Shown: positions 49,391-61,585, numbered from the stretch's first letter. The stretch is 64,000 nucleotides of DNA from Bdellovibrionales bacterium (GCA_965197425.1 CBDANC010000015.1:128001-192000), one strand, 5' to 3'. Numbers and translations: made by a program. The notes: generated by a model from the sequence alone, not told the origin.

Positions 49391-49876
49391 GTGGGTGAGC
49401 AAGTGGATTCAGGATTATTTGACTCTGAGGAGCGGTTTGATCATCTAGCTCCTCTTAAATTTGATGGTACTTCTGGTGTAAGTGATGATATCCAGGATGT
49501 AAGAGATTATATTAAATCTGAGGTTTCCAAATTATCTGCTAATAGAAAACAGCTAGTATCTTCCTTGGAAAACAAATTTGGCTCTATTGATAAACAGTTT
49601 GATATTTTGGTTAAAAATATAAACAGGAATTTAAAAAAACTAGAAAGAGCATATAGAGTTTTAAATGAGAAATTAATTAGGCAGGCACGTGAGTTTGAAG
49701 AATTTACTGATAAAATGGAAAGTAGACATAATGCAATGATTGTAGAGTTAGAGAAAAAAAATATTATGTTCAAAAAAATTATAGAAGAGCAGGAAGTAAA
49801 GCTGCATACATCCAACGAAACTTTGAAAAGAGCTCATATGCTCTTAGAGAGAGTGAGTAAAGGACAAACTCAATAA
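49391..49876 (+). CDS. Hypothetical coiled-coil protein
   Basis: 161-aa charged heptad-rich ORF upstream of sufB. Confidence 0.65.
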   Translation: MGEQVDSGLFDSEERFDHLAPLKFDGTSGVSDDIQDVRDYIKSEVSKLSANRKQLVSSLENKFGSIDKQFDILVKNINRNLKKLERAYRVLNEKLIRQAREFEEFTDKMESRHNAMIVELEKKNIMFKKIIEEQEVKLHTSNETLKRAHMLLERVSKGQTQ

Positions 49877-49925
49877 TTTTGCCTAAATATAGTTAGATAG
49901 TGTAAAGTGATAGCGGGAGATTGCT

Positions 49926-51362
49926 ATGTCTGTTTCTTTGAAAAAAGATGAAACAAATTATAAATATGGCTTTGTTTCGAAAGTTGAATCAGATACCCTT
50001 AAAAAGGGTTTAAACGAAGATGTCGTTCGTCATATTTCCAACAAAAAAAATGAGCCTAAGTTTTTATTAGACTACAGGCTTAAGGCATTCAACTTATGGA
50101 AAAAAATGAAAGAACCCTCTTGGGCTGGTTTAGAATATTCAAAAATAGATTATCAAAACATGAGCTATTATTCTGCGCCCAAATCTAAAGCTAAAGGCCC
50201 TTCATCATTAGGTGAAATTGATCCTGAACTATTAAAAACTTTTGAAAGATTAGGAATACCTTTGAGCGAACAAAAGAGGTTAACAGGTGTTGCTGTTGAT
50301 GTAGTTTTTGATAGTGTGTCAATAGGAACCACTTACCAGAAAGAATTAGAAGAAAGTGGTGTAATATTTTGCTCCTTTTCAGAAGGAGTACAAGATCACC
50401 CTGAACTAATAGAAAAATATTTGAGTAGTGTTGTACCTATTAATGACAATTTTTTTGCTTGTTTAAATTCTGCTGTATTTACTGATGGGTCGTTTTGTTA
50501 TATACCAAAAGGTGTTCGTTGTCCTATGGACTTATCCACTTACTTTAGAATCAATACCAACGAAACAGGCCAATTTGAAAGAACTCTTGTGATTGCGGAA
50601 GAAGGAAGTTTTGTAAATTACCTTGAAGGTTGTACAGCTCCAATGTTTGATAGCAAACAATTACATGCAGCGGTTGTGGAATTAGTAACTCATAAAAATG
50701 CCGAGATTAATTACTCCACAGTACAAAACTGGTACTCAGGAGATAAAGAAGGAAAAGGTGGGGTATATAATTTTGTTACAAAAAGAGGGAAGTGTAAAGG
50801 TGTTGGTTCAAGAATAACTTGGACACAAGTAGAAGCTGGGGCTGCCATCACATGGAAGTATCCTAGTTGCATCTTAGAAGGCGATAACTCTTCAGGAGCT
50901 TTCTACTCTGTTGCGCTTACGAACGGAAAAATGCAAGCAGATACCGGAACAAAAATGATTCATATAGGAAAAAATACAAAGAGTACCATTATATCAAAAG
51001 GTATATCAGCAGATGAATCTGTTAACTCTTATAGAGGCCTGGTAAAAGTTCTACCTGGAGCTACTGGAGCTAGAAACTATTCACAATGTGACTCCATGTT
51101 GGTTGATAAATCAAGTAGAGCTAATACTTATCCATACACAGAAGTAAAAAATAATACAGCTGTACTAGAGCATGAAGCTAGTACAACCAAGATTAGTGAA
51201 GAACAACTCTTTTACTTGCAAAGCAGAGGGTTAAGTATGGAAGAAGCAATATCTGTTTTGGTAAACGGATTTTGTAAAGATATTTTTAAAAAACTCCCAT
51301 TAGAATTTTCAGAAGAAGCGGTAAAACTAATAGAGCTTAAGCTAGAAAACAGTGTTGGATAG
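49926..51362 (+). CDS. sufB: Fe-S cluster assembly protein SufB
   Basis: [50 protein letters not shown]. Confidence 0.97.
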   Translation: MSVSLKKDETNYKYGFVSKVESDTLKKGLNEDVVRHISNKKNEPKFLLDYRLKAFNLWKKMKEPSWAGLEYSKIDYQNMSYYSAPKSKAKGPSSLGEIDPELLKTFERLGIPLSEQKRLTGVAVDVVFDSVSIGTTYQKELEESGVIFCSFSEGVQDHPELIEKYLSSVVPINDNFFACLNSAVFTDGSFCYIPKGVRCPMDLSTYFRINTNETGQFERTLVIAEEGSFVNYLEGCTAPMFDSKQLHAAVVELVTHKNAEINYSTVQNWYSGDKEGKGGVYNFVTKRGKCKGVGSRITWTQVEAGAAITWKYPSCILEGDNSSGAFYSVALTNGKMQADTGTKMIHIGKNTKSTIISKGISADESVNSYRGLVKVLPGATGARNYSQCDSMLVDKSSRANTYPYTEVKNNTAVLEHEASTTKISEEQLFYLQSRGLSMEEAISVLVNGFCKDIFKKLPLEFSEEAVKLIELKLENSVG

Positions 51363-51384
51363 ATTGTTGATGTTGGATAATTAG

Positions 51385-52140
51385 ATGTTGTATGTCAAAG
51401 ATCTGAGTGTAAAGACCGCAGATAGCAATATTTTAAAAGACTTATCTTTGAAGGTAAAAAAAGGAGAGGTACATGCCATAATGGGTCCAAATGGATCTGG
51501 AAAAAGTACTCTTGCCAAAGTTATATCAGGGCACCCAGGATATGAAGTTACAGAAGGAACAATAAAACTAGAAGTCAATAACAAAAAAATAGATTTATTA
51601 GAATTGGATATAGACGAAAGATCAAAAAGAGGTATCTTTACTGCTTTTCAAACTCCTGTCTCAGTATCAAACTTATCTAACTTCAAATTTTTCTATAGTT
51701 TTTTTGAGGCTCACTGTGCATATCAAGGAATAGATGGCATGAGTGAGCCAGACTTTAGAAAACATTTAACAGGTGTGTTAAAAAAGCTAGATGTTGATAA
51801 AGATTTCTTAGAAAGAAATATGAACGAAGGATTTTCTGGAGGAGAACGAAAGAAAAATGAAATCGTACAAATGCTATTGATCAAACCAAGACTTGCCATT
51901 TTAGATGAAATAGATTCTGGACTAGACATAGATTCACTAAAATTAGTAGCAGATTGTATCAATAGTTATCGATCTAATAATAATGCCGTTGTAATGATAA
52001 CTCACTATCAAAGAATTTTGCATCATGTAAAACCTGATTTTGTGCATGTAATATCGGAAGGTAAAATTGTAAAAACTGGTGATATAAGCCTATCATATAA
52101 AGTTGAAGAAAAAGGTTATGACATAATTAGCAAACTATAA
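51385..52140 (+). CDS. sufC: Fe-S cluster assembly ATPase SufC
   Basis: MGPNGSGKST, NEGFSGGERKKNE, LDEIDSGLDID, ITHYQR. Confidence 0.97.
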   Translation: MLYVKDLSVKTADSNILKDLSLKVKKGEVHAIMGPNGSGKSTLAKVISGHPGYEVTEGTIKLEVNNKKIDLLELDIDERSKRGIFTAFQTPVSVSNLSNFKFFYSFFEAHCAYQGIDGMSEPDFRKHLTGVLKKLDVDKDFLERNMNEGFSGGERKKNEIVQMLLIKPRLAILDEIDSGLDIDSLKLVADCINSYRSNNNAVVMITHYQRILHHVKPDFVHVISEGKIVKTGDISLSYKVEEKGYDIISKL

Positions 52141-52153
52141 GGAAAACTAAGTT

Positions 52154-53302
52154 TTGAGTTTTATTAAAACAGTAACTGAATTTGTAAGCCCAAATTACAA
52201 AAAGCACCAAGGATCAATGCTTGATTTTCCACCTAAATCAGAAGAATGGAAGTACACTAGGCTTAGTGGTTTAAATAAGTTTAATCCAACAAAAGCTCTG
52301 AGTCTAAAGATTAAGACCAAAACTGAGAATCAAATTATTTTTGAAAACTCTAAATTAACATATAATACAGTCAAAGATATCGGTATTGATGATAAGCCTT
52401 CATCTAAAAATATATCATACAAAAATGATGATGTTTTAAATCAATTAAACCAAATTATATCACAAAATAGTTATCAACTAGATATTGTAAAATCATGTGA
52501 TGAGACAATTAATATTCATTCAGTAGGAGATGCAATATCAGGTTCTAGAATTCATTTAAAAGTTTCATCAAACACTAAAGCAAGTGTATGTTTTAATCCA
52601 GATTCTCTGGGTGTAACATGTAATGTTTTTGCTGTAACACTTGAGGAGGGTAGTACTCTTGATTTTTATAATGTAGAAGATATAAAGGGAACTAATCTTG
52701 ATCAATATATATTTAATGTTTCTAAAAATGCCACCTTGAACTTTATAAATGTTATATCTGGAGCAGGTACTTCAAGATTAAATGGCGTGTTTAATTTAGA
52801 TTTTGAATATGCTACTCTAAATCTGGGATCTATAAGTTGTATTCATGACAAAGCACATGTAGATAATCATTTTTACATACATCATAATGCTCCCAACACT
52901 TATAGCCAAATTGATGTAAGAAGTATTTTATCTGGAACTTCTAAATATATATATAATGGATTAGTTTTTGTAGATGCAAAGTGTGATGGTTCAAACTCAG
53001 ATCAAATAAACCAAAATATTCTGTTAAGCGACTACGCAACAGTAAATGCAAAACCTGAACTTAAAATACTTTCTGATGATGTACAGGCAAATCATGGTTG
53101 TACTACTGGTCGCATTGAAGATGAGGAGTTATTTTATATCTGCACAAGAGGTTTAGATAAAAAAACAGCAAATCGATTGATCCTAGATGGATATATAACT
53201 GGCATTACAAAAAAAATAAACTTTGGCCAAAGAAAATCAATAGATAGTAGATTATTAGGCATTTTAGATAACAATTTGAATGATAACACAATTGGTGTTT
53301 AG
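52154..53302 (+). CDS. sufD: Fe-S cluster assembly protein SufD
   Basis: EEWKYT, KPELKILSDDVQANHGCTTG, LFYICTRG. Confidence 0.92.
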   Translation: MSFIKTVTEFVSPNYKKHQGSMLDFPPKSEEWKYTRLSGLNKFNPTKALSLKIKTKTENQIIFENSKLTYNTVKDIGIDDKPSSKNISYKNDDVLNQLNQIISQNSYQLDIVKSCDETINIHSVGDAISGSRIHLKVSSNTKASVCFNPDSLGVTCNVFAVTLEEGSTLDFYNVEDIKGTNLDQYIFNVSKNATLNFINVISGAGTSRLNGVFNLDFEYATLNLGSISCIHDKAHVDNHFYIHHNAPNTYSQIDVRSILSGTSKYIYNGLVFVDAKCDGSNSDQINQNILLSDYATVNAKPELKILSDDVQANHGCTTGRIEDEELFYICTRGLDKKTANRLILDGYITGITKKINFGQRKSIDSRLLGILDNNLNDNTIGV

Positions 53303-53329
53303 AAGGAGGGTTAGCAATGAGGCAGAAAA

Positions 53330-53423
53330 CTGGGCAACCATCAAGCAAAAAGATGTCTTGGCTACATTTGGACTTTGTCCTATATTACGCCAATCCATCT
53401 TTTAGCTTGATTAGGAAGACCTT
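53330..53423 (+). repeat. Type-A hairpin repeat element (long core) between sufD and sufS
   Basis: CTGGGCAACCATCAAGCAAAAAGATGTCTTGGCTACATTTGGAC...CATCTTTTAGCTTGATTAGGAAGACCTT directly abutting GTG 53424. Confidence 0.88.
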
Positions 53424-54626
53424 GTGGATAAATTTATAAAAGATCAATTTCCTATATTAAATACCAAGATTAATTCTAAAAGATTGGTGTATCTAGATAG
53501 TGCAGCTACCAGTTTAAAGCCAAGACAAGTTATAGATAGAATATATAAACATTATTTGGAAGAGTCTTCCAATGTGCATAGAGGTGTACATCACTTAAGT
53601 GCAAATGCTACCTTAGCTTATGAAGAGACACGCAAAGGTATAAGTAAGTTTATAGGATCAAAACAATCTGAACAAATTATTTTTACTAAAGGTAGTACAG
53701 AATCATTAAATATGATAGCAAACAACTTTTTGTTATCTAAAGATGATGAAATTTTACTAACCCAGATGGAGCATCACTCCAATATTGTACCATGGTTGAA
53801 TTTATCTAAAAAACAAGGATGTAAAGTTAGATTTTTGCCAGTGCTAGAAGATGGTAGTTTAGATTTAAATAATTTAGCTAAATATTTAAATACCAAAACA
53901 AAAGTCTTTTCGTTCACTTATATCTCAAATGTTTTGGGTACAAAAAATGATATTGAATTTTTAATAAAAAAAGCAAAAGAGGTGGGCGCAATCACAATAA
54001 TAGATGCAGCACAGGCACTAGCACATGTGCCTATTGATGTAGAGAGTTTTGAATGTGATTTTTTAGTTGCATCTGCACACAAATGTTTTGGTCCAACCGG
54101 AGTTGGGTTTTTGTATGCTAAAAAAGAACATTTAGAGAAGTTTGCGCCATATCAATTTGGTGGAGCAATGATTGATGAAGTTACCACCAAACACTTTACT
54201 CTAGCTGATATACCACACAGATTTGAGGCAGGTACTCCTAATATAGCAGGAGTTATAGGTACCTTGGAAGCTATAAATTTTGTAAAAAAAATAACTTTTG
54301 AGAAAATTAGAAAACATGAGTCAGAACTGTTGAAATATGTAAAAGAAAAGTTAAATACAATAGATAAACTTAGGATATTAGCAAATCCTACAGAAGCTAT
54401 TATTTCATTTGTAATAGAAGGTTGTCACCATACAGATATAGGAGAACTTGTAGATAATCACTCTGTTGCAATTAGAGTTGGACACCACTGTTGTCAACCA
54501 TTGATGAATAGATTCGGTATAACGGGATCTATTAGAGCTTCATTTAGTGTTTATAATTGTAAAGATGATATAGATAGGCTTGTGGAGGCTTTAAAGGACT
54601 CTATAAACTTACTTACCAACACTTGA
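53424..54626 (+). CDS. sufS: Cysteine desulfurase SufS
   Basis: YLDSAATS, NVHRG, MEHHSN, DAAQ, SAHKCFGPTG, FEAGTPN, RVGHHC. Confidence 0.96.
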   Translation: MDKFIKDQFPILNTKINSKRLVYLDSAATSLKPRQVIDRIYKHYLEESSNVHRGVHHLSANATLAYEETRKGISKFIGSKQSEQIIFTKGSTESLNMIANNFLLSKDDEILLTQMEHHSNIVPWLNLSKKQGCKVRFLPVLEDGSLDLNNLAKYLNTKTKVFSFTYISNVLGTKNDIEFLIKKAKEVGAITIIDAAQALAHVPIDVESFECDFLVASAHKCFGPTGVGFLYAKKEHLEKFAPYQFGGAMIDEVTTKHFTLADIPHRFEAGTPNIAGVIGTLEAINFVKKITFEKIRKHESELLKYVKEKLNTIDKLRILANPTEAIISFVIEGCHHTDIGELVDNHSVAIRVGHHCCQPLMNRFGITGSIRASFSVYNCKDDIDRLVEALKDSINLLTNT

Positions 54627-54664
54627 ACTTTACATGATACTATAACCTTGTTATCTATAAAAGA

Positions 54665-55231
54665 ATGTGGAAGAAAAATAAAACCAATATACTAATTGAA
54701 CCTACCCCTAACCCCAATGCTCTTAAATTTGTGTTGGACACAGAAGTTATAGATAGGGGTAAAGCCAGTTTTAATGATATAGGTGAATGTGATCATATAC
54801 CTCTAGCAAGAGATATTATATCCATCGAAGGTGTTTTGCAGGTACACTTATTTGAAAATGTCATAAGTGTAACTAAAAGTGATTTAGAGTGGGATGAACT
54901 GACCCCTAAAATAGAGTCAGTGATCGTAACAAGACTTCCATCTCACGACATCAACTTCAACCAAAAGCAAGAAGAACAGCAGGTTAAAAAGAGAGAAAAT
55001 TTGCCTTTAGAAATTCAACAAATTGAAGATATTTTGGATGATACCGTAAGGATAGGTTTAAGAGCGGATGGGGGAGATATAGAAGTATTGGAGCTGGAAG
55101 ATAACAGGCTTTATGTCAAATATGAAGGAGCTTGTGGAACATGCCCTAGTGCTACCACTGGAACTTTATATGTCATAGAGGCAATTCTAAAGGATAGATT
55201 TAACCCTGAAATAGAAGTAATAGCTGTATAA
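54665..55231 (+). CDS. NifU/Nfu-family Fe-S carrier (Nfu N-domain plus NifU domain)
   Basis: EPTPNPNALKF, DGGD, GACGTCP. Confidence 0.92.
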   Translation: MWKKNKTNILIEPTPNPNALKFVLDTEVIDRGKASFNDIGECDHIPLARDIISIEGVLQVHLFENVISVTKSDLEWDELTPKIESVIVTRLPSHDINFNQKQEEQQVKKRENLPLEIQQIEDILDDTVRIGLRADGGDIEVLELEDNRLYVKYEGACGTCPSATTGTLYVIEAILKDRFNPEIEVIAV

Positions 55232-55235
55232 CTTA

Positions 55236-55464
55236 CCTTATGGAAAGTGGTTTATAGTCCACATAAAGTGCTGGGCAACCATTCGGTCAAAAGATGTCTT
55301 GGTTTCACTTGGACTTTGTCCTGCGTTTCACCAACCCATCTTGTTGACCTCGTTCGGAAGACCTTACGGAAAGTGGTTTATAGTCCACATAAAGTGCTGG
55401 GCAACCACTCGGCAGAAAAAAGTAGGCAGAGCCTCCTTATTTTTTGCCTCGTTAGGAAGACCTT
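55236..55464 (+). repeat. Tandem pair of type-A elements with the same leader but different cores
   Basis: ACCTTAYGGAAAGTGGTTTATAGTCCACATAAAGTGCTGGGCAACCA occurs twice; first unit has the long GATGTCTTGG...CATC core, second the short GTAGGCAGAGCCTCC core. Confidence 0.92.
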
Positions 55465-55589
55465 TGACTTTAGTTTTATCTTATTTTTATTTTTCCTAAT
55501 TCAGACCAATTTTATTTACTTTTATTTGATCTTACCTACAAAATCCAATAGATCAAAGCTTGAACTTTTATTCTAAGGATTTTTTAACT

Positions 55590-56795
55590 ATGCCAAAATC
55601 AATTTTAATTGTGGCCTTTACAGTGCTGGTTGATTTAATTGGTTTTGGAATAATAATACCTCTTAGTCCTTACCTTGCAAAAGAGGTTGGAGCAACAAGT
55701 TTTGAGATTGGACTATTAATGTCCATATACTCAGTTATGCAATTTTTTTTCTCACCCATGTGGGGAAAAATTAGTGATAGATATGGAAGACGACCAATAA
55801 TTTTAATCACATTAGTAGGCTCTTCTCTTTCACATATTGCTTTTGCATTTTCTACAGATCTTCTTTTTTTATTCTTAGCTAGAGGTTTAGCAGGTTTTTT
55901 TGGAAGTACGATATCCGTAGCAAGTGCATACATTGCTGATAAAACTGATGAGCACTCTCGATCAAAAAATATGGGTTTAATAGGTGCAGCATTTGGAATA
56001 GGATTTGTGGTAGGACCAATTATATCAGGTTCTCTATCCTACTGGGGGAAAAACTTAGGATTTAGTGATGCTTTTTTAATTGGCTTTCCTGCACTTGGTG
56101 CGGCTCTAATAGCATTGTTAAACTTTATATTTGCATACTTCAAACTACCAGAGAGCTTGGATACAAAAGATACAAGCCAAAAAAATAACAGAGATAGAGT
56201 ATTTATTTTTGATTGGTACTCACTAGTAGGAAAAATACTAATAGTATCCTTGATATGTGCTATTGGTATGGGACAAATGGAATCCACACTGGCTTTGTTG
56301 GTTAAAGAAGTATTTAATTGGTCAGTTATAAAGACAAGCTTTGCCTTTGGATATATGGGGGTCATTCTAGCGTTTTCAAATGGTGTATTACACAGAAAGC
56401 TCATACCAGTAATAGGAGAAAGGCTAGTATTAACTTTTGGGTTAATTTTAACTTCACTAAGTATGTTTATGATCTCTATTTCTGAAAATATACCTACACT
56501 ATCTGTTGCTGTAACTTTTCTGGCTATAGGCTCAGGACTAGTAAACCCTAGTATACTTGGAATATTAAGCCTCTCTTTTTCAAAAAAAAGACAAGGATTC
56601 ATAATGGGTGTGTATCAAAGCTATGCTTCATTAGGAAGGATTATAGGACCACTAGCAGGAGGGTATTTATTTGATGCTTGGGGATATAAATCTCCATACC
56701 AAACATCATCCATATACATATTGGTATCACTTATTATTGTACTGACTATCTACAAAAAAATTCCAACTAAAGGAAAAACTAAAACTGAGACTTAA
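55590..56795 (+). CDS. MFS transporter, TetA/DHA1-like
   Basis: [21 protein letters not shown] motif A, AYIAD, GFVVGP, GRIIGP. Confidence 0.9.
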   Translation: MPKSILIVAFTVLVDLIGFGIIIPLSPYLAKEVGATSFEIGLLMSIYSVMQFFFSPMWGKISDRYGRRPIILITLVGSSLSHIAFAFSTDLLFLFLARGLAGFFGSTISVASAYIADKTDEHSRSKNMGLIGAAFGIGFVVGPIISGSLSYWGKNLGFSDAFLIGFPALGAALIALLNFIFAYFKLPESLDTKDTSQKNNRDRVFIFDWYSLVGKILIVSLICAIGMGQMESTLALLVKEVFNWSVIKTSFAFGYMGVILAFSNGVLHRKLIPVIGERLVLTFGLILTSLSMFMISISENIPTLSVAVTFLAIGSGLVNPSILGILSLSFSKKRQGFIMGVYQSYASLGRIIGPLAGGYLFDAWGYKSPYQTSSIYILVSLIIVLTIYKKIPTKGKTKTET

Positions 56796-57513
56796 GATAA
56801 AGTTTATTTAACTCGGCAATAGCTTTAACACTAATTTCTTTAGGACAAGTTGCTTCGCATGCTTTAGTGCTAGAGCAAAAACCAAAACCCTCCTTGTCCA
56901 TTTGATTTACCATTTTTACTACTCTATTTTTTTCAATTTTTCCCTGGGGAAGAGAATTAAGATGAGCAATCTTAGCCCCCACAAAGAGCATAGCTGATGC
57001 ATTTTTGCAGGCAGCTACACAAGCGCCACAACCTATACAGGCAGCAAAATCCATTGCCACATCAGCTTGCTTTTTTTCTACTGGTATGCTGTTAGCATCT
57101 GGTGCAGAACCTGTAGATACAGATATAAAACCACCGCTTTGAATTATCCTATCAAATGAACTTCTATCAACAACAAGATCACTTATTACCTTAAAAGGTT
57201 TAGCTCTAAATGGTTCGATGGTAATAACATCACCATCATTGAAATGTCGCATGTGAAGCTGACAAGTGGTAACTCCCTTAACCGGTCCATGTGGATTACC
57301 GTCTATAGTCATTGAGCATGTACCACAAATACCTTCTCTACAGTCGTGATCAAAATTTACAGGACGCTCTCCCTTTTTAATAAGAGAAAGGTTAAGTACA
57401 TCCAACATTTCTAAAAAAGACATATCAGGATTAACATCCTTCAAATCATATTCCACCAGCTTTCCATTTGAGGTTGCGTCTTTTTGTCTCCAAATTCTAA
57501 GTTTTAGGTTCAT
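56779..57513 (-). CDS. sdhB: Succinate dehydrogenase/fumarate reductase iron-sulfur subunit
   Basis: [36 protein letters not shown]. Confidence 0.95.
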   Translation of the reverse strand: MNLKLRIWRQKDATSNGKLVEYDLKDVNPDMSFLEMLDVLNLSLIKKGERPVNFDHDCREGICGTCSMTIDGNPHGPVKGVTTCQLHMRHFNDGDVITIEPFRAKPFKVISDLVVDRSSFDRIIQSGGFISVSTGSAPDANSIPVEKKQADVAMDFAACIGCGACVAACKNASAMLFVGAKIAHLNSLPQGKIEKNRVVKMVNQMDKEGFGFCSSTKACEATCPKEISVKAIAELNKLYLKSQF

Positions 57514-57526
57514 ATTAAAGGTCTTC

Positions 57527-59437
57527 CTACTTATAACTTCTCTTTGTGGGTTTGATATATTCAAAGCTCAAATTTTCTTTGTGTAAAGTTGGATCTTTTT
57601 CGTTGTACTGCCAAGCAGAGACATGAGAAAAATTATCATCATCTCTTAGTGCTTCACCGTCAGGAGCTTGATACTCTTCTCTAAAATGTCCACCGCAAGA
57701 CTCTTTTCTAATCAGAGCATCTTTTGTCATAAGTTCTCCTAAATCTATAAAATCCAAAAGTCTTCCAGCATGTTCTAACTCTGCATTTAATTCGCGATCA
57801 TCTCCTACTATCTTTAGATCATTTTTACATTCATCTCTCAAATTTTGTATTTGTTCGATAGCTTTTTTAAGACCAGTTTCGTTCCTAGACATACCTACAT
57901 TATCCCACATTATGTTACCTAGTTTTTTATGAAGCTCCATAGGAGACTTACTACCATTGGTGTTTTTTAATTTTTGTATATTGTTGTTTACTAGATTTTC
58001 AGCTTCTACAAATTCATTTTGATCTGTAGTTATATCTTTTAGATCGGTATTTGCCAAAAAATTTCCTATTGTATATGGGATAACAAAATATCCATCAACC
58101 AAACCCTGCATCAATGCAGAGGCTCCAAGTCTGTTAGCCCCATGATCAGAAAAGTTACATTCACCTAAAGCAAAAAGGCCTTGTGTGGTTGTCATTAAAT
58201 TATAATCCACCCATAATCCACCCATAGTATAATGAACAGCAGGGTAGATACGCATTGGTTTATTATAAGGGTTATCTCCTGTAATTTTCTCGTACATATG
58301 AAATAGATTTCCATACTTAGCTTCGATAACTTCTTTGCCATCTCTTTTAATGGCATCTTTGAAATCAAGATATACAGATAATCTTGTGTCTCCAACTCCA
58401 AACCCATCATCACAAATACTCTTTGCAGCTCTTGAAGCCACATCCCTAGGCACTAAATTTCCAAAACTAGGATATCTTCTTTCTAAATAATAATCTCTAT
58501 CACTTTCAGGAATTTCCCAGGCCTTTCTTTTGTCGTCTTTATTTTTAGGAACCCAAACCCTGCCGTCATTTCTCAACGACTCAGACATCAAAGTTAATTT
58601 TGACTGATAATCGCCAGAGACAGGAATACAGGTTGGATGAATCTGTGTGTAACAAGGGTTTGCAAACAAAGCCCCTTTCCTATAAGCCCTGAAGGAAGCC
58701 GTAACATTAGATGCCTTAGCATTTGTGGAAAGATAAAATACATTGCCATAACCACCAGTGGCTAGGACAACAGCATGAGCAGAATAACGTTCTAGCTTTC
58801 CATCAACTAAATTTCGTACAATTATTCCACGAGCCTTGTCATCGATCACAACGAGATCCAACATTTCCCTTCTGGTAAGGATTTTAAGCTTCCCAGTGGA
58901 TACTTGCCTGGATAAAGCGCTATAGGCACCCAACAAAAGTTGCTGACCAGTCTGCCCTCTTGCATAAAAAGTTCTCTTTACCTGAGCACCGCCAAATGAT
59001 CTATTGTCTAAGTAACCACTATACTCTCTAGCAAACGGAACACCTTGAGCTACTGCCTGATCAATTATATTCAAAGAAAGCTCTGAAAGGCGGTACACAT
59101 TAGATTCTCTTGCTCTAAAATCGCCACCCTTAATTGTGTCATAAAATAATCTGTAAACACTATCACCATCATTTTGATAGTTTTTGGCGGCATTAATACC
59201 ACCCTGAGCTGCTATAGAATGAGCTCGTCTGGGGCTGTCTTGAATACAAAGGCAAGTTACATTATAACCCAATTCTGCTAAGCTTGCGCCAGCAGACGCT
59301 CCAGCAAGACCCGTGCCTACAACTATTATGTTAAACTTTCTTTTGTTGTTTGGAGAAACAATACTCATATTAAACTTATGAGTACGCCATCTGTCTTCAA
59401 TAGGACCTGATGGTGAGTGAGAATCTAAATTTACCAC
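57527..59437 (-). CDS. sdhA: Succinate dehydrogenase/fumarate reductase flavoprotein
   Basis: [43 protein letters not shown]; start set at GTG 59437. Confidence 0.96.
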   Translation of the reverse strand: MVNLDSHSPSGPIEDRWRTHKFNMSIVSPNNKRKFNIIVVGTGLAGASAGASLAELGYNVTCLCIQDSPRRAHSIAAQGGINAAKNYQNDGDSVYRLFYDTIKGGDFRARESNVYRLSELSLNIIDQAVAQGVPFAREYSGYLDNRSFGGAQVKRTFYARGQTGQQLLLGAYSALSRQVSTGKLKILTRREMLDLVVIDDKARGIIVRNLVDGKLERYSAHAVVLATGGYGNVFYLSTNAKASNVTASFRAYRKGALFANPCYTQIHPTCIPVSGDYQSKLTLMSESLRNDGRVWVPKNKDDKRKAWEIPESDRDYYLERRYPSFGNLVPRDVASRAAKSICDDGFGVGDTRLSVYLDFKDAIKRDGKEVIEAKYGNLFHMYEKITGDNPYNKPMRIYPAVHYTMGGLWVDYNLMTTTQGLFALGECNFSDHGANRLGASALMQGLVDGYFVIPYTIGNFLANTDLKDITTDQNEFVEAENLVNNNIQKLKNTNGSKSPMELHKKLGNIMWDNVGMSRNETGLKKAIEQIQNLRDECKNDLKIVGDDRELNAELEHAGRLLDFIDLGELMTKDALIRKESCGGHFREEYQAPDGEALRDDDNFSHVSAWQYNEKDPTLHKENLSFEYIKPTKRSYK

Positions 59438-60111
59438 ATTGGCCCCTTTAAATAGAGATAAATGGGTGGAATACAAAAACCAACACCTACAATCATACCA
59501 TAAACAAAACTAAATTTTCTTACCATAGAATCATATTTTACGCTGTAAAGTCCGAGCGATTGAAGGCTAGAACTAATGCCGTTAGATAAATGAAAACCCA
59601 ATATTAAAACTGTAACACAATAAAAGGAAACATAGGGAAAACCTTGAAACTTCTCAACCACTAGACGAAAGATATCTCTTATTTCCGTCGTATCATAAGT
59701 TACATGATATACAGTACCAAACTTAAAGCTAACCAAGTGTATAATGATAAATAACAAAATTAGAATACCCTGATATTTCATTGTTTTAGCAATAAAACTT
59801 GTACCCTTATCTCCACTAGATGAAACTATGCCTCCAGACTTTGCCTTGGAGTTTTTAATACTAACACTTATAGCAAAAACTATGTGAGTAAGAAGCAAAA
59901 ATAGAAGAGCAGCTTCCATCAAATAAATCCCAGGATTTGATACAATCGAATGAGAGTATTTATTGTAAACCTCGGCACCTGCAAAAATTAATAGGTTGCC
60001 AGCCATATGGCTTAAAACAAATAAAGCCCAGCCTATGCCAGATACTGCCATTAACTGCTTCTGACCGACAGAGGAAAACGCATACTTTAGTAAGTTAGAC
60101 ATATTAAACAT
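59431..60111 (-). CDS. sdhC: Succinate dehydrogenase cytochrome b subunit
   Basis: [14 protein letters not shown], five TM helices with His ligands; upstream of sdhA. Confidence 0.92.
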   Translation of the reverse strand: MFNMSNLLKYAFSSVGQKQLMAVSGIGWALFVLSHMAGNLLIFAGAEVYNKYSHSIVSNPGIYLMEAALLFLLLTHIVFAISVSIKNSKAKSGGIVSSSGDKGTSFIAKTMKYQGILILLFIIIHLVSFKFGTVYHVTYDTTEIRDIFRLVVEKFQGFPYVSFYCVTVLILGFHLSNGISSSLQSLGLYSVKYDSMVRKFSFVYGMIVGVGFCIPPIYLYLKGPMW

Positions 60112-60266
60112 ACCCCATATAGGGCAATCTAATAAAAATTTAAGTTAATGTCATTTAAAATTTAAACTAGCTGACCGCCACCAGCCTGTTCCAAGGAAGC
60201 CCTCGGTAACCTGATAGCCCCTGTTATATCACCTAGTTTTTTTGTCTTGGAGATGGCCTGCTCTTT

Positions 60267-61319
60267 CTATTCATCAAAATGAGCAGATCTAGTTTGCATT
60301 CCATGTTTTCTCTTATAATTACGAACCAATCTATTTAGATCAAAGGAATCAGTATTAACAGTCTCGGCAATCTCTGCTACATTGCCTGAATCCATGGCCC
60401 ATTCGATCATAGTTTCCTTATCTTCATCAGAAAATCTATCAAGAGGTTTATAGTTAGGTTGCGCATGAAGTTTGTTTCTATAATTATTGACCCAATTACG
60501 CAGGGTTTGTTCGATCATCCCCAAATATCTTGCAGCCTCTGCTGTATTGCCTAACTCTATAGCCAGCTGAATAGCAATGGCCTTTTGCTCCTTTAAATAC
60601 CTACCATAGGTATTATTATCAGTGTTCCTAGCATTTCTAATCTGAATATTTCGTATTTCTTCATGTTCACGAATCCAATTGTATAGAGTTGGTTGAGGAA
60701 TTTTCAATAACCTTGCAGCCTCTGTCACATTACCATCCGTTTTTTTTACCAACTTAATAGCAAGCTGACTTTGATTGGCTGAATAAACCCTGCCTCTTTC
60801 AAGAGGATTTGTAATACTGTTGAACTCAGAGACTATGCTTTCAATCTCACGATCACGAACAATACGAACATTGTAAAATTCGTCAATGAGAGCTTGAACC
60901 CTACCTACCCTATCTTTATCTGTATGTTCATAAGAAGAAACTATATAACTTTCAATATTTGTAACCTGTGAACCGTTGGTCTTTTCATTATCAATTAACC
61001 ACCCAATGTCAGCCTCAGGAATGTCTAATATAATAGAAACTTCGCTTATATCTCTATCAAATGCTTCTACCAACTCAATGATATAGGCTCTTCGTTCATC
61101 TGAATATCCGTTAGTGGAAGGAGGAAGCTTATTATACTCGCTAATAACATATTGTAATTCAATAATATAAGCTTCAAGAGCGGATGCCTCAGAAGATTGT
61201 GTAAGTGCATCCCGACAGGATGCATCTGACCCATTATTTAATTCTAACCCAGATGCATAGGCAGAAATAACAAATGTATTGGAAAGCACTAAAGCTATTT
61301 GTAATAAGTTAAAAATCAT
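60267..61319 (-). CDS. Signal-peptide protein with four transposase-like helix-turn-helix repeats
   Basis: MIFNLLQIALVLSNTFVISAYA|; repeats such as GNVTEAARLLKIPQPTLYNWI and GNTAEAARYLGMIEQTLRNWV; AGGA SD. Confidence 0.75.
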   Translation of the reverse strand: MIFNLLQIALVLSNTFVISAYASGLELNNGSDASCRDALTQSSEASALEAYIIELQYVISEYNKLPPSTNGYSDERRAYIIELVEAFDRDISEVSIILDIPEADIGWLIDNEKTNGSQVTNIESYIVSSYEHTDKDRVGRVQALIDEFYNVRIVRDREIESIVSEFNSITNPLERGRVYSANQSQLAIKLVKKTDGNVTEAARLLKIPQPTLYNWIREHEEIRNIQIRNARNTDNNTYGRYLKEQKAIAIQLAIELGNTAEAARYLGMIEQTLRNWVNNYRNKLHAQPNYKPLDRFSDEDKETMIEWAMDSGNVAEIAETVNTDSFDLNRLVRNYKRKHGMQTRSAHFDE

Positions 61320-61504
61320 TATGTCCTACTATTTTGAATGTTGTTTCTTTTAACGAACTCAACTTAAACTTATTGGTGATAAAGTTTGTTGGTAAACGGA
61401 GGTACACCTTATCATATTTTATACTTTACCAGGATAGAAACCATGAGATGGAAAGTCGTTGTGAAATCTTTTTAAGTACTGCGTAAGTAAGTTTGATAAT
61501 TTTT

Positions 61505-61560
61505 CTAAATCAACACGAACCTGGTGAAACTTATCAACCATTGCTTGAGCCCTCTTTTCT
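61505..61560 (-). repeat. Orphan duplicate of part of the 61586-62107 coding sequence
   Basis: CTAAATCAACACGAACCTGGTGAAACTTATCAACCATTGCTTGAGCC nearly identical to about 61705-61760. Confidence 0.85.
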
Positions 61561-61585
61561 TCATCTGCATGTTGGTATGAAGGGG

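Noticed and set aside
55094..55121. dif-like 11-6-11 site CTGGAAGATAA-CAGGCT-TTATGTCAAAT
   Set aside because: The XerD-like arm is good, but it lies inside the nfu coding sequence, the XerC arm is weak, and a similar half-match occurs at about 7077-7104; not supportable without a lineage-specific dif model.
49073..55464. Twin repeats at 49.1 and 55.3 kb as mini-CRISPR arrays
   Set aside because: Only two units each, and both the repeats and the intervening parts belong to the dispersed hairpin family.
60267..61319. IS3-family transposase
   Set aside because: HTH repeats only; no integrase-core ORF, frameshift partner or terminal inverted repeats seen.
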